Source: an uncultured Bacilli bacterium (GTDB lineage: Bacteria; Bacillota_I; Bacilli_A; RF39; UBA660). Taken from it: a stretch of DNA of 60,216 bases. A program made the translations under genes and the position numbers. The DNA lies in the NCBI GenBank assembly GCA_947624705.1, contig CANQLL010000001.1, positions 1 through 60,216 on the forward strand. The letters are read 5' to 3'. Positions 9,845 through 19,165 of this stretch are shown here, piece after piece (position 1 is the first letter of the stretch; each line of letters starts with the position of its first letter). The notes beneath the pieces were generated by a model. That model was given only the letters and a program-made list of their open reading frames with translations. It was not told where the DNA came from and searched no databases.

Positions 9845-9916
9845 ATGCGAGAAAAATTTTTTTATCAAGTAATTATTGTGCTACTTTTGCTAGCACTAAT
9901 ACTACTTACTATTTAG
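9845..9916 (+). CDS. 23-aa hydrophobic peptide MREKFFYQVIIVLLLLALILLTI (candidate type I toxin)
   Basis: ATG 9845 to TAG 9914-9916, with AAGGAGG at 9828-9834. The SD lies inside a perfect 7-bp hairpin, TCCTTAA (9816-9822) with TTAAGGA (9826-9832). Below the ORF-track size cut-off, and paralogous to the peptide at 19978..20055. Confidence 0.5.
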   Translation: MREKFFYQVIIVLLLLALILLTI

Positions 9917-9991
9917 TAGAAGCTAGACATCTTAGATTTTTCAACTAAACAACTTAGATTTAACATAATATTGGTTTGGTTGATACATTTT

Positions 9992-10083
9992 AAAATAAAT
10001 TAAAAGAGCACCGAATGCCACAGGGGGTCATACGGTGCTTTCCCAAGAAGGAAAGCACTAGGCCTTAAAGGCTTTGTGTATCC
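9992..10083 (-). ncRNA. Candidate antisense sRNA of module 1 (about 90 nt)
   Basis: TTGACT (10119-10114), 18-nt spacer, TAAAAT (10095-10090). The start is near GGATACA (10083). Two hairpins compete for AGCAC: 10035-10043/10050-10058 and 10006-10012/10033-10039. The distal one is followed by CTTTTAATTTATTTT on the minus strand. Confidence 0.4.
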
Positions 10084-10191
10084 ATTTCCATTTTAATATA
10101 TATTTTTATTTAAAGTCAATAAAAATAATACTCAAAAATTTTTTATTTGGAAATATAGACTAAAAACATAATCATTATAATTTTAAATATT

Positions 10192-11214
10192 TTAATTTTT
10201 TCTTTTAATCATTCCTAATACTAAACAGATACTTAATATAAATCCTCCTAAAATATAAGATTCAATTTTGTATAAACCTAAAGCATAATAATAATGTTTA
10301 TTAAATATACAAACGCCGATAAACATAATGGTAAATAACCATAAAACATATATAAATTTGGAAATATTCTTCTTTTGAGAAAAACAACTTTTAATAATCT
10401 TTTTAATATTATAAGCACTCATAAAAGCTAAAATTATTAAATCAAATAACCAGGTAAACATTAAAATATTTTCAATATTTTCAATAAAATTATAAATTCT
10501 TAATTTCTTTAAAGTCATATATTCAGGAAATCTTAAAATATTAGCTAAAGTTGGACCTAAAACACCATTTATAGAAATTAAGGTTAAAATAATAGTTAAG
10601 CTGCCAATTAAATATCCTAAAATAGCATCTTTATATTTTAAATTATCTTGTTTAACATTTACAAGTAATAAAGAAGGAACACTACTTAATAAAGCATAAA
10701 CAATACTAGCTTTTAATATTCCTAATTTATGACCATAAAGAATTGGTAAAAAATTATTATAATCAGTTATAATTAAACTAGATATAACTTTAAAACTAAA
10801 GATTACTATACTTATTGGTAAAAGCATTTCAGCTACCTTAGCAAAAGAAATAACGCCTTTATAATTGCCATAAATAACTGCTACTAAAATCGTTATTCCA
10901 ATTACAAAAGAGGGAGTTAAAGGAAGTAGAAAAGAACTAGTCATAGTTGTTAAAGAAATTATCACATCATGTAAACAAAAACTTCCTAAAAGAAATAAAA
11001 GAATTTTAAGGAAAATATTATTTTCTACCTTTATTTTTTTCTTTCTAATAAAATATAGAAAAGATATAACTATTAAACCTAGAAGAGTTCCAACTAAACC
11101 ACTTAACCAAGCATCATTATAACTTAAATGAAATATTTTAGTTATCCCTAAACCAAAAAATAATGATCTTGTTAAAAAATAACTTAAAATTATATATTGT
11201 TTTTTTGTTATCAA
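10192..11214 (-). CDS. Spore germination protein, GerAB/GerKB-type permease
   Basis: 340-aa polytopic membrane protein. Last gene of a gerA-type operon and overlaps the upstream gene by 4 nt. Confidence 0.8.
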   Translation of the reverse strand: MITKKQYIILSYFLTRSLFFGLGITKIFHLSYNDAWLSGLVGTLLGLIVISFLYFIRKKKIKVENNIFLKILLFLLGSFCLHDVIISLTTMTSSFLLPLTPSFVIGITILVAVIYGNYKGVISFAKVAEMLLPISIVIFSFKVISSLIITDYNNFLPILYGHKLGILKASIVYALLSSVPSLLLVNVKQDNLKYKDAILGYLIGSLTIILTLISINGVLGPTLANILRFPEYMTLKKLRIYNFIENIENILMFTWLFDLIILAFMSAYNIKKIIKSCFSQKKNISKFIYVLWLFTIMFIGVCIFNKHYYYALGLYKIESYILGGFILSICLVLGMIKRKN

Positions 11215-12281
11215 TTTATCACCTCAAATGCTTGACCATTTCGATTTACTTCTAAATTTACTTCAACTTTATAATTTAAATCTTTCCAACTATTTTTAGA
11301 ATAACTTTTAGGATAAGTTCGATAAACTAAATTTCTTATGCCTAAAAAATCACTATTAAGTTCAATTGATTTTTCCACTAATTTTTGAATATCTTTTTTT
11401 ATTAATTTTGCAAAATCTTGCGATAGTTTTTTATTAATTTCCCCATTTCTTAAAACATATTTTTCATTTAAACATCTAACTAAAGCCTCAGCATTAACTT
11501 TTATATAAACAGTATTATCTTTTAAAGATATTTTACTTTTATTTTTATAAATAGATATGGCAATATTTTGTTTACTATATAAAGCATTATCAACTTGACT
11601 AGTTAAAAGATTAAAGGTTTGACTTTCAGTTGGCGTAAGATAAGCAATTAACTTGTCTTTAATAAAAGCTCCGGATGTATATAAAGCAATATTTTTATCT
11701 TTGATTTGAATAGAAGGAATAATAATATCACTTTTATTATCTTTCATTTGCACGTAGAGATAATCAAACTCATCATGTAAATCAAAGATTTCAACATCAT
11801 TTTGATTTTTAAATAAACCCATAATAGCATCACTAACTATTGGTTGATTTTTAATTTTCGTATTTAAAACTTTTTGAATCGTAGTATCTTTAACTAAAAC
11901 ATAATAGAAATTATTACTAATATGAATATCTCGAAATAAATAATTAGAAATATGAGTTATACCTTCTTTTTGGGCTAAGTTTTCTTCTAATAAAACAATT
12001 TGAACATGGTCAAAAACAACCTTTTTATCAACTTGACTAATTGTATCGTTAAAAGCCCGAGCAGGGTTAGTTCCGGAACCCGTTACTAACATAGTTTGAC
12101 TTTCTTCTTGCTGCCCGCTATCGTTTTTTTTCGTTACAATTATTTCAAAAGTTACTTCATATTTATTCTTGTTATACCCAACGCCAATAGCGGAGACGAT
12201 AGCGGTGTCATTAAGTTCGGTATAATCATAACAACCAGTTAATAAAAACAAAGATAGTAAAATTAAAATGATTTTTTTCAT
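11211..12281 (-). CDS. Ger(x)C family spore germination lipoprotein
   Basis: Lipobox LLTGC followed by the family N-terminus YDYTELNDTAIVSAIGV. 356 aa, sitting between the A and B subunit genes. Confidence 0.85.
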   Translation of the reverse strand: MKKIILILLSLFLLTGCYDYTELNDTAIVSAIGVGYNKNKYEVTFEIIVTKKNDSGQQEESQTMLVTGSGTNPARAFNDTISQVDKKVVFDHVQIVLLEENLAQKEGITHISNYLFRDIHISNNFYYVLVKDTTIQKVLNTKIKNQPIVSDAIMGLFKNQNDVEIFDLHDEFDYLYVQMKDNKSDIIIPSIQIKDKNIALYTSGAFIKDKLIAYLTPTESQTFNLLTSQVDNALYSKQNIAISIYKNKSKISLKDNTVYIKVNAEALVRCLNEKYVLRNGEINKKLSQDFAKLIKKDIQKLVEKSIELNSDFLGIRNLVYRTYPKSYSKNSWKDLNYKVEVNLEVNRNGQAFEVIN

Positions 12282-13711
12282 TTATTTTCCCCCTGACTTA
12301 TAAAATTTTTATCAGTTAACATTTTACTTCGCAACCGGTCTTTAGCTTTGGGTTTTTGATATAATTCTTTTCGTAAATAATTTAAATCAAATGGGGCAAA
12401 AGGATAAGAATAAGGTTTATCATAAGAAGTTGTATTACATAAATGGGTTAAGAAAATTACGCCTGCTACAACAATACCAAATAAACCAAAAAAGGAAGCT
12501 GCTAACAAAAATAAGAAACGAAAATGCCGAATAGAATTAATAAATTCCAGTTCGGTAAAGATTAAAGAAGTTATGAAAGTTAAAGCGACCACAATAATCA
12601 TAATGGGCGAGACTATTCCGGCCGTAACGGCAGATTCACCCAAAATTAATGCCCCTAGAATCGAAATTGAACTGCCATAAGAAGAGGGAAAACGAATGTC
12701 ACTTTCTCTTAAAACTTCACAAATTAAAAGCATAAATATCGCCTCAATGGCGGCGGGGAAAGGAACACCATCTCGTTGCGTAGAAAAACTAACAAGTAAA
12801 TTAAGGGGAATAACCTCCGGGTTATAATTAATAATAGCAATATATAAAGCCGGAACTAAAATAGTTAAAATTAAACAAATAAAACGTAAAACTTTTAAAA
12901 AATTGATATTAATACTTTTACTATAATTATCAACTTGGGGATTAATATAATCGGCAAAAAAGACTGGCATTATTAAAGCAAAAGGGGAAGTATCAACTAA
13001 AATAACAATTCGCCCTTCTAACAAATTGGAAGAAGCATAATCCGGTCTTTCGGTGGCTCTAATTGTTGGGAAAGGGGATTTATTTTCTTTTTCTAAAAGT
13101 TGATGAATATTGCCGGCATCAATAATGCCGTCAATATCAATTGTTTCTAATTGTTGTTTAATTTTATTAACAGTTTTTTCTTCAGCTATATCTTTTAAAT
13201 ATAAAACACTAACTTTAGTAGAAGTTTTTCTGCCTATAATAAAATCTTCATTAATTAATGTATTAGATTTAATTCTTCTTTTAATTAACCCTAAATTATT
13301 TTGTATATTTTCATTAAAAGCATCTTTCGGTCCATAAATGGCCGGTTGAGTTTCTGGAGTAGATATACTTCGGGATATATCAGCTTTAACCTCAACCGCA
13401 TATACTTCATGATGATAAATAATTAAAACAAAACCATTTGTTAAAAAATAAGCTAATTGATCATATTTTTTAACTTCAACAGTTGTGGGTCCAGCTATTA
13501 AAGATTCTAAATTTTTTCCATTTTTTTTATTAGTTAAAGAAAGTTCTTTTAAAACATAATCATTAATTTTATCACTACTAGAAACACTTTCTAAAAATAA
13601 AACATATATATCATTAACCTGTTTAATAATTAAATCACTGGTATTATTAAATTCTTCTTGCAAACGCTTAACTATTTTATTCATAACCTCACCATTTGTT
13701 ATTCTAAGCAT
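12278..13711 (-). CDS. Spore germination protein, GerAA/GerKA family
   Basis: 477 aa. Soluble N-domain plus C-terminal membrane domain with family blocks (RSIStPEtqP, GPkdaF, DGVPFPaaiEa). The true start may be the internal MNKIVKRL. Confidence 0.85.
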   Translation of the reverse strand: MLRITNGEVMNKIVKRLQEEFNNTSDLIIKQVNDIYVLFLESVSSSDKINDYVLKELSLTNKKNGKNLESLIAGPTTVEVKKYDQLAYFLTNGFVLIIYHHEVYAVEVKADISRSISTPETQPAIYGPKDAFNENIQNNLGLIKRRIKSNTLINEDFIIGRKTSTKVSVLYLKDIAEEKTVNKIKQQLETIDIDGIIDAGNIHQLLEKENKSPFPTIRATERPDYASSNLLEGRIVILVDTSPFALIMPVFFADYINPQVDNYSKSININFLKVLRFICLILTILVPALYIAIINYNPEVIPLNLLVSFSTQRDGVPFPAAIEAIFMLLICEVLRESDIRFPSSYGSSISILGALILGESAVTAGIVSPIMIIVVALTFITSLIFTELEFINSIRHFRFLFLLAASFFGLFGIVVAGVIFLTHLCNTTSYDKPYSYPFAPFDLNYLRKELYQKPKAKDRLRSKMLTDKNFISQGENK

Positions 13712-13753
13712 TTTAAATAAAGATATTCACTTAAAAATAAAAACTTTAACAAA

Positions 13754-13984
13754 TTATTTCGTTAAAGTTCTTTTTTTCCTATTTTCATAAATACTAATAT
13801 ACTCTTCACATAAAGTTCCACAAACTAAATCAATTATTTGACATTTAGAACATCTTCTTTGATAACAAGCTTGAGGACCTACAATTGGTATCCCTGCTAT
13901 TGTCTTACTATTTATATAACCTTCACTAGGTAAACTTTTAACATAAACTTTAATGTAAGGTCCAAATTCATGATCACATTTCAT
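13754..13984 (-). CDS. Small Cys-rich hypothetical protein (about 76 aa from MKCDHEF)
   Basis: AAGGAG lies 9 nt upstream of the internal ATG at 13984. Seven Cys residues including a C-x-x-C pair. Sits 42 nt upstream of the ger operon on the same strand. Confidence 0.45.
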   Translation of the reverse strand: MKCDHEFGPYIKVYVKSLPSEGYINSKTIAGIPIVGPQACYQRRCSKCQIIDLVCGTLCEEYISIYENRKKRTLTK

Positions 13985-14094
13985 AATCTTCAATCTCCTT
14001 GTATAGATATTATACAAATATTATGAAAAAAGTAAAGACAAAATAATTGCTAATTTAAATAATATTTTATATTATTAGTTTAGGTGATGTCCAT

Positions 14095-15294
14095 ATGGTA
14101 AAAGTGGAAAAATTAGATCATTATGGTCGAGGGATAACTTACATAGATGATAAAATAACTTTTTTAAATAATGCTTTACCTAATGAAGAAGTAAAATATA
14201 AAATTACTAAAAGTAATAATAAATTTCAAGAGGGAAAAGTAACTAAAATAATTACTAAAAGTAAAAAGCGGGTTGAACCGCCTTGTCCTTTTTATGATAT
14301 ATGTGGTGGCTGTAGTTTACAACATTTAACCTATGAAAAAACTTTAGAATTTAAAAAACAAAAAGTTCAAGAAATATTATCTCGTTATGCTCATATAAAT
14401 GAAAAAATAAATATTATTAAAAATCCTTCTCCTTATCAATATCGTAATAAATTATCTTTAAAAATTAAAGATGGGAAAATTGGTTTTTATGAAGCGAAAA
14501 CACACAAAATAGTCGAAATTACGAAATGTTTATTAGCCAAAGAAGAAATAAATAATTTTTTAAAAGATCTTAAATATTTTGAGCTAAATAATGCTGAGGT
14601 TACGATTCGAAGTAATTATAATCAAGAATTATTAATTGCCATTAAAACTAAAGATCAAATTACTAATTGTTATAAACAATTAGCAAAGCTTCATAAAATA
14701 GTGGGTATCATTGTCAATGATAAATTAGCTTATGGCGAGGATAAATTTATAGATATTGTTGATCATAAGCTTTTTCAAGTAAGTTATAATTCTTTTTTTC
14801 AAGTTAATTCTTTAATTAATCAAGAAATATTTCAAATAATAAAAAAAGAAATAAAAAAAGAAAAAGTAGTAGCTGATTTATATTGTGGAGTAGGAACTTT
14901 AGCGATTGTGGCGTCAGACAAAGCTAAACAAGTTTATGGCATTGAAATAATTCCTAATGCCATTAAAAATGCTTTAGTTAATCAAAAAATGAATAAAGTT
15001 AATAATGTTAATTTTTGTTTAGGTGATGCTAAAGATATTATAAAAAAAATAAAGACTAAAATAGATACAATTATTATTGATCCACCACGTAGCGGTCTTA
15101 GTGTTGAGGCTTTAAATAATATTTTAAAAATAAAACCAACGGATTTAATTTATATTTCTTGTGACCCCATGACTTTAGCAAGAGATTTAAATACTTTAAA
15201 ACAATTTTATAAAATAACAAAATTATATATTGCTGATATGTTTAGTTATACTTATCATGTAGAAAGTATTTGTATTTTAAAATTACTTAATTAA
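14095..15294 (+). CDS. 23S rRNA (uracil-C5)-methyltransferase, RlmD/RumA (TrmA) family
   Basis: TRAM-like N-terminus, Fe-S cysteine cluster CPFYDICGGCSLQHL, SAM motif DLYCGVGT and catalytic SCDP. Confidence 0.85.
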   Translation: MVKVEKLDHYGRGITYIDDKITFLNNALPNEEVKYKITKSNNKFQEGKVTKIITKSKKRVEPPCPFYDICGGCSLQHLTYEKTLEFKKQKVQEILSRYAHINEKINIIKNPSPYQYRNKLSLKIKDGKIGFYEAKTHKIVEITKCLLAKEEINNFLKDLKYFELNNAEVTIRSNYNQELLIAIKTKDQITNCYKQLAKLHKIVGIIVNDKLAYGEDKFIDIVDHKLFQVSYNSFFQVNSLINQEIFQIIKKEIKKEKVVADLYCGVGTLAIVASDKAKQVYGIEIIPNAIKNALVNQKMNKVNNVNFCLGDAKDIIKKIKTKIDTIIIDPPRSGLSVEALNNILKIKPTDLIYISCDPMTLARDLNTLKQFYKITKLYIADMFSYTYHVESICILKLLN

Positions 15295-15369
15295 AACTTA
15301 TATTTTTTTCTTAAATTTACATTATAATGATATAAATGTTATAATTTAAAAAATAAAAGGAGAATTTAT

Positions 15370-16260
15370 ATGTATGATGTTATTGTAATTGGGGCCGGTC
15401 CCGCCGGACTAACTAGTGCTTTATATTTAAGAAGAGCTAATAAAAAAGTATTAGTTTTAGAAGCAAAAACTTATGGAGGCCAAATAGTTAAAGCTAATAA
15501 AGTAGAAAATTATCCGGGAATAATTTCGATCAGTGGTTATGATTTTGCCAAAAATTTATATGAACAAGTTAAAAACTTAGGAGCGGAGATTAAATTTGAA
15601 ACAGTTTTAAAAGTAACGGAAGATAAAAAGGTTATAACTAGTCAAAATCAATATCAAGCTAAAGCTATAATTATTGCCACTGGTTCGGAAAATCGAAAAT
15701 TAAATATTGAAAATGAAGAAGATTTTGTCGGCAAAGGAATTTCTTATTGTTCTAATTGTGATGGACATTTTTATCAAGATAAAATTGTCGCTGTAAATGG
15801 GGGAGGAAACACTGCTTTAGATGATGCTTTATATCTCGCTGATATTGCGAAAACTGTTTATCTAATTCATCGTCGCGAAGAATTTAGAGGCGAAGATAAA
15901 AGATTAGCCGAAGTAAAAAATAAACCTAATATTAAAATTATTTTAAATTCGACCATAGTTTCTTTAAAAGGTCAAGATTGTTTAGAAGAAATAATTATTA
16001 AAGATAATCAAGATAATAAACAAACTTTAAAAGTAGACGGTTTATTTATAGCTATTGGTCAAGAACCTAAAAATGAAATATTTAGTAATGTGGTTGATTT
16101 AAACGAAAAAGGTTATATTAAAACAACTGATGGTGTTCATTCTAAAACAGAAGGAATTTATATAGCTGGTGATACTCGAGAAAAATATTTAAGACAATTA
16201 ACGACAGCTGTAAGTGATGGCAGTATCGCTGCGACGATGGCTATTAAAGAAATGAATTAA
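15370..16260 (+). CDS. trxB: Thioredoxin-disulfide reductase
   Basis: FAD motif VIVIGAGPAG, redox CSNCDG (CxxC), NADPH motif GGGNTA...HRREEFR, and C-terminal GIYIAGD. Confidence 0.85.
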   Translation: MYDVIVIGAGPAGLTSALYLRRANKKVLVLEAKTYGGQIVKANKVENYPGIISISGYDFAKNLYEQVKNLGAEIKFETVLKVTEDKKVITSQNQYQAKAIIIATGSENRKLNIENEEDFVGKGISYCSNCDGHFYQDKIVAVNGGGNTALDDALYLADIAKTVYLIHRREEFRGEDKRLAEVKNKPNIKIILNSTIVSLKGQDCLEEIIIKDNQDNKQTLKVDGLFIAIGQEPKNEIFSNVVDLNEKGYIKTTDGVHSKTEGIYIAGDTREKYLRQLTTAVSDGSIAATMAIKEMN

Positions 16261-16328
16261 AGAGGCAATATTTATGAAATTAAAAAAATTTAAAGATTTA
16301 ACAGATGAACAATTAAATATGTTAATTA

Positions 16329-16736
16329 ATGTTCATTACAATCATTGGAAGAAATATAGTGAATTTATTACCGAAGAAAAAACTTCTCAAAAATTTATAT
16401 ACAACGGATAATTTACCATTAGGCTTAGCTTTGTTTAATGAAGAAAATAATATTGTCGGTTTTTGCGTGTTAAAAATTGAGAATTTAAAATTATATCCCG
16501 AAATATATCCTTGGTTATCTGATGTCATGATTTTAAAAGAATATCGAAATTTAGGTTATGGAAGAATTTTAGTAAATGAAGCTTTGAAATATTTGAAGAC
16601 TTTAGGTTATGATAAAGTTTATGTTTGGACAGACCAAGCGCCTTTGTTTTATGAAAAATTAAATTTTAAATTTGTTCAAAAAGTAGAGAAAAATAATGGC
16701 GGATATGGTAAACTATATTCGAAAGAAGGAATTTAA
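16329..16736 (+). CDS. GNAT family N-acetyltransferase (N-terminus apparently displaced by a frameshift; likely original start 16274)
   Basis: GNAT core with the acetyl-CoA motif YRNLGYGRILV. A 45-codon ORF with an AGAGG SD starts at 16274 in another frame and reads like the missing N-terminus. The frames meet at the A6 run 16377-16382. Confidence 0.75.
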   Translation: MFITIIGRNIVNLLPKKKLLKNLYTTDNLPLGLALFNEENNIVGFCVLKIENLKLYPEIYPWLSDVMILKEYRNLGYGRILVNEALKYLKTLGYDKVYVWTDQAPLFYEKLNFKFVQKVEKNNGGYGKLYSKEGI

Positions 16737-17552
16737 ATGAAAAAAGTTATTAGTATATTTTTAACTATTATAATGTTTTTTACAGCAATGGAAATTATAA
16801 TTACTTATTCTTTAAGGAGTATTTTAGCTAGTGATGCGATGCAAAAATTAATTAAAGAAACTAATGTTACGGAAATAGTTGAAGAAGTTAAAGAAAGTGG
16901 TGATTTAGATTTTGTTTATGATGAAGCCCAAAAATATGGAGTAAGTGAAGAAAAAGTTGATGAAGTATTAGCTTCTGATGAAGCAAAAGAATATTATGGA
17001 GCTATTTTACAAAAATATTTAGACGGAACTGATACAACTTTAGATGCTGATACCCAAAAATTTATTGAAGAAGCTACAGAAAAATATAATATTGATATAA
17101 CCGAAGAACAAAAAGAAGAATTAAAAAATAATATTAATGAAGCAGTTATTGTAAATAAAAAAGAAGTAGTTCATAATGATTTAGCTAATAATATCAATAA
17201 ATATACAAGTTTTGTGAAAAATAATGCTATATTTATAATTGCTATTGTTAGTTTATTAGTCCAAATATTATTAATTGTTATTTTAAATATTAAAAAACAA
17301 AACTTTGTGAGTTATTTTGGTGTTTGTTTGTTATTATTAGCAATCTTTACTGCTTTATTTACTTTTGGTTTACAAATAATTTTAGCTATTTTAAATCAAG
17401 ATATAAGTATTAATTTAGTCAAATTATTTGGAAGTATGTTACAAAAAGGATATATTTTAAGTTTAATATTATTTGTTTTAATGATTATTTGCTTTATCAT
17501 TAATAAAAATATTAAAGTAAATCCGAAAGGAAAAGTTATCAATGAAGATTAA
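16737..17552 (+). CDS. Hypothetical membrane protein
   Basis: 271 aa. N-terminal TM, acidic helical middle and several C-terminal TM segments. Abuts the GNAT stop codon. Confidence 0.5.
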   Translation: MKKVISIFLTIIMFFTAMEIIITYSLRSILASDAMQKLIKETNVTEIVEEVKESGDLDFVYDEAQKYGVSEEKVDEVLASDEAKEYYGAILQKYLDGTDTTLDADTQKFIEEATEKYNIDITEEQKEELKNNINEAVIVNKKEVVHNDLANNINKYTSFVKNNAIFIIAIVSLLVQILLIVILNIKKQNFVSYFGVCLLLLAIFTALFTFGLQIILAILNQDISINLVKLFGSMLQKGYILSLILFVLMIICFIINKNIKVNPKGKVINED

Positions 17553-17922
17553 AAATAATTATGTTGATTCACAGAAGATTAAATATAATTATGTTTATGA
17601 TGTAGAATTAACTATTGAAAATTTGATAAAAGAGCTTATTAAAAATAATATATCTTATGTTTTTATTAAGCCTAACGAAATTCATTGCAATGATAAAATA
17701 ATTCGATTTTATGAAAAAGGAATTAAATTGAAAAAAAATAAACAAACAAGACAAGAATATCGAGATACTTTAATTAAATTATTCTTAAATATGGAAAAAG
17801 AAAGTTTAAAAAGCTTAGTAACTTTAGAAAATAAACAATTTCCGAAAAAAGATAACTATCATAAATTTAATAATTATTATCAAAGACAAAATAGAGTTTC
17901 AACTTTAAGAAAGCATTATTAG
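17542..17922 (+). CDS. Hypothetical protein (basic, 126 aa)
   Basis: ORF overlapping the upstream gene by 11 nt. No recognisable motif. Confidence 0.4.
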   Translation: MKIKNNYVDSQKIKYNYVYDVELTIENLIKELIKNNISYVFIKPNEIHCNDKIIRFYEKGIKLKKNKQTRQEYRDTLIKLFLNMEKESLKSLVTLENKQFPKKDNYHKFNNYYQRQNRVSTLRKHY

Positions 17923-17930
17923 AGGTATTT

Positions 17931-19115
17931 ATGCAAAAATATAAAATACCTTTTTTTATTCTTTTAGGTTGTTTAAGTTTAATAATAATTATTTTTCTAT
18001 ATCAATTTATTAGACTTTTAACAGCTAAAATTGAAGTAGATTTAGTAGATAATTTAGAAGTAGAATTTAATAGTAAAGTTAAAGTATCCGATTTTATTAA
18101 AAGTATTAATGGAACAATTTTAGATGATTATCAAATTGATACCACAAAATTAGGAAATAAAGAAATAGAATTTAAATTTAAAAATGATGATAATATTAAA
18201 GTTAAATATCAATATAATATTAATATTGTTGATAAAACAAAACCTTTGATATGGTTAGATGATATTTACAAAGTTGCCGTAAATAGTGATATTAAGTTAG
18301 AAGAAAAAATTTTATGTGGTGATAATTATGATTCTAAACCTAATTGTTTTATTGAAGGTGATTATGATTTAAATACTATTGGCGATTATGATTTAGTTTT
18401 TAAAGCTTTGGATAATAGCGGTAATGAGGCAATTCAACCCTTTACTTTAAAAGTATATGAACCAACTTCTGAAGAAAAAGGAGAAAAAGAAAATTATCCA
18501 TTTAGTCAAGCTATTTCTCAATACAAAACCGCAAATAATAAAATAGGAATTGATGTTTCAAAATGGCAAGGTGATATAGATTTTGCTAAATTAAAAGAAA
18601 ATGGGGTTGAATTTGTTATGATTAGAGTTGGGGGAACAAGAGGGAAAAATGGAAAATATTTTGTGGATGAAAAGTTTAAACAAAATATCAAGAATGCTAA
18701 TAAAGAAAATATTCCTGTTGGTGTTTATTTTTACTCTTACGCTGATTCTTCTAAGAAAGCAAAAGAAGAGGCAAAATGGGTTTTAAACCAAATAAAAAAT
18801 TATCAAGTAGATTTACCAATTGCTTTTGATTGGGAAGAATGGTCTAATTTTAATGAATATAATTTAAGTTTTTTTGGGCTTACATCAATGGCCGAAGAAT
18901 TTTTAAAAGTAATTGAAGCTAATGGTTATAAAGGTATGCTTTATAGTAGTAAAAATTATTTAGAAAAAATATGGTTAGATTCTAAATATGATATCTGGCT
19001 TGCCCACTATACTTTAAAAACTGATTACACAAAAGATTTTAAAATGTGGCAAATATGTGATAATGGCCAAGTTACGGGGATAGAGGGCTTTGTAGATATT
19101 GATGTTCTTTATTGA
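17931..19115 (+). CDS. Membrane-anchored GH25 muramidase (lysozyme) with Ig-like N-terminal domain
   Basis: N-terminal TM. The C-terminal domain has GH25 blocks: GIDVSKWQGDIDFAKLKENGVEFVMIRVG, YFYSYA and DxxxW. Confidence 0.8.
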   Translation: MQKYKIPFFILLGCLSLIIIIFLYQFIRLLTAKIEVDLVDNLEVEFNSKVKVSDFIKSINGTILDDYQIDTTKLGNKEIEFKFKNDDNIKVKYQYNINIVDKTKPLIWLDDIYKVAVNSDIKLEEKILCGDNYDSKPNCFIEGDYDLNTIGDYDLVFKALDNSGNEAIQPFTLKVYEPTSEEKGEKENYPFSQAISQYKTANNKIGIDVSKWQGDIDFAKLKENGVEFVMIRVGGTRGKNGKYFVDEKFKQNIKNANKENIPVGVYFYSYADSSKKAKEEAKWVLNQIKNYQVDLPIAFDWEEWSNFNEYNLSFFGLTSMAEEFLKVIEANGYKGMLYSSKNYLEKIWLDSKYDIWLAHYTLKTDYTKDFKMWQICDNGQVTGIEGFVDIDVLY

Positions 19116-19165
19116 CAAATCAAAAAAATCTATATAATATAGACAAAAAGAAATGAGGAATTAGA

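Noticed and set aside
9662-9868. 68-aa minus-strand ORF from the track.
   Set aside because: No SD and a low-complexity composition. It overlaps the promoter, 5' UTR and start of the plus-strand peptide module. Judged spurious.
10000-10090. Possible SRP (4.5S/scRNA) gene on the plus strand, because of GGTGCTTTCCCAAGAAGGAAAGCACTAGG, which resembles the GGAAGCAGC domain IV motif.
   Set aside because: The helix is a perfect 9-bp hairpin without the symmetric and asymmetric internal loops required for Ffh binding, and there is no 5'/3' closing helix. On the minus strand it is preceded by a promoter and followed by a U-tract. It fits better as the antisense RNA of module 1.
9750-10119. Interpretation of the three inverted-repeat-flanked loci (also 19861-20160 and 51253-51530) as MITE-like non-autonomous transposons.
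   Set aside because: I saw no obvious target-site duplications. The inverted repeats begin exactly at inferred transcription starts downstream of -10 boxes. Each unit contains an SD-preceded hydrophobic ORF and terminators on both strands. This is better explained as convergent gene pairs, although mobility cannot be excluded.
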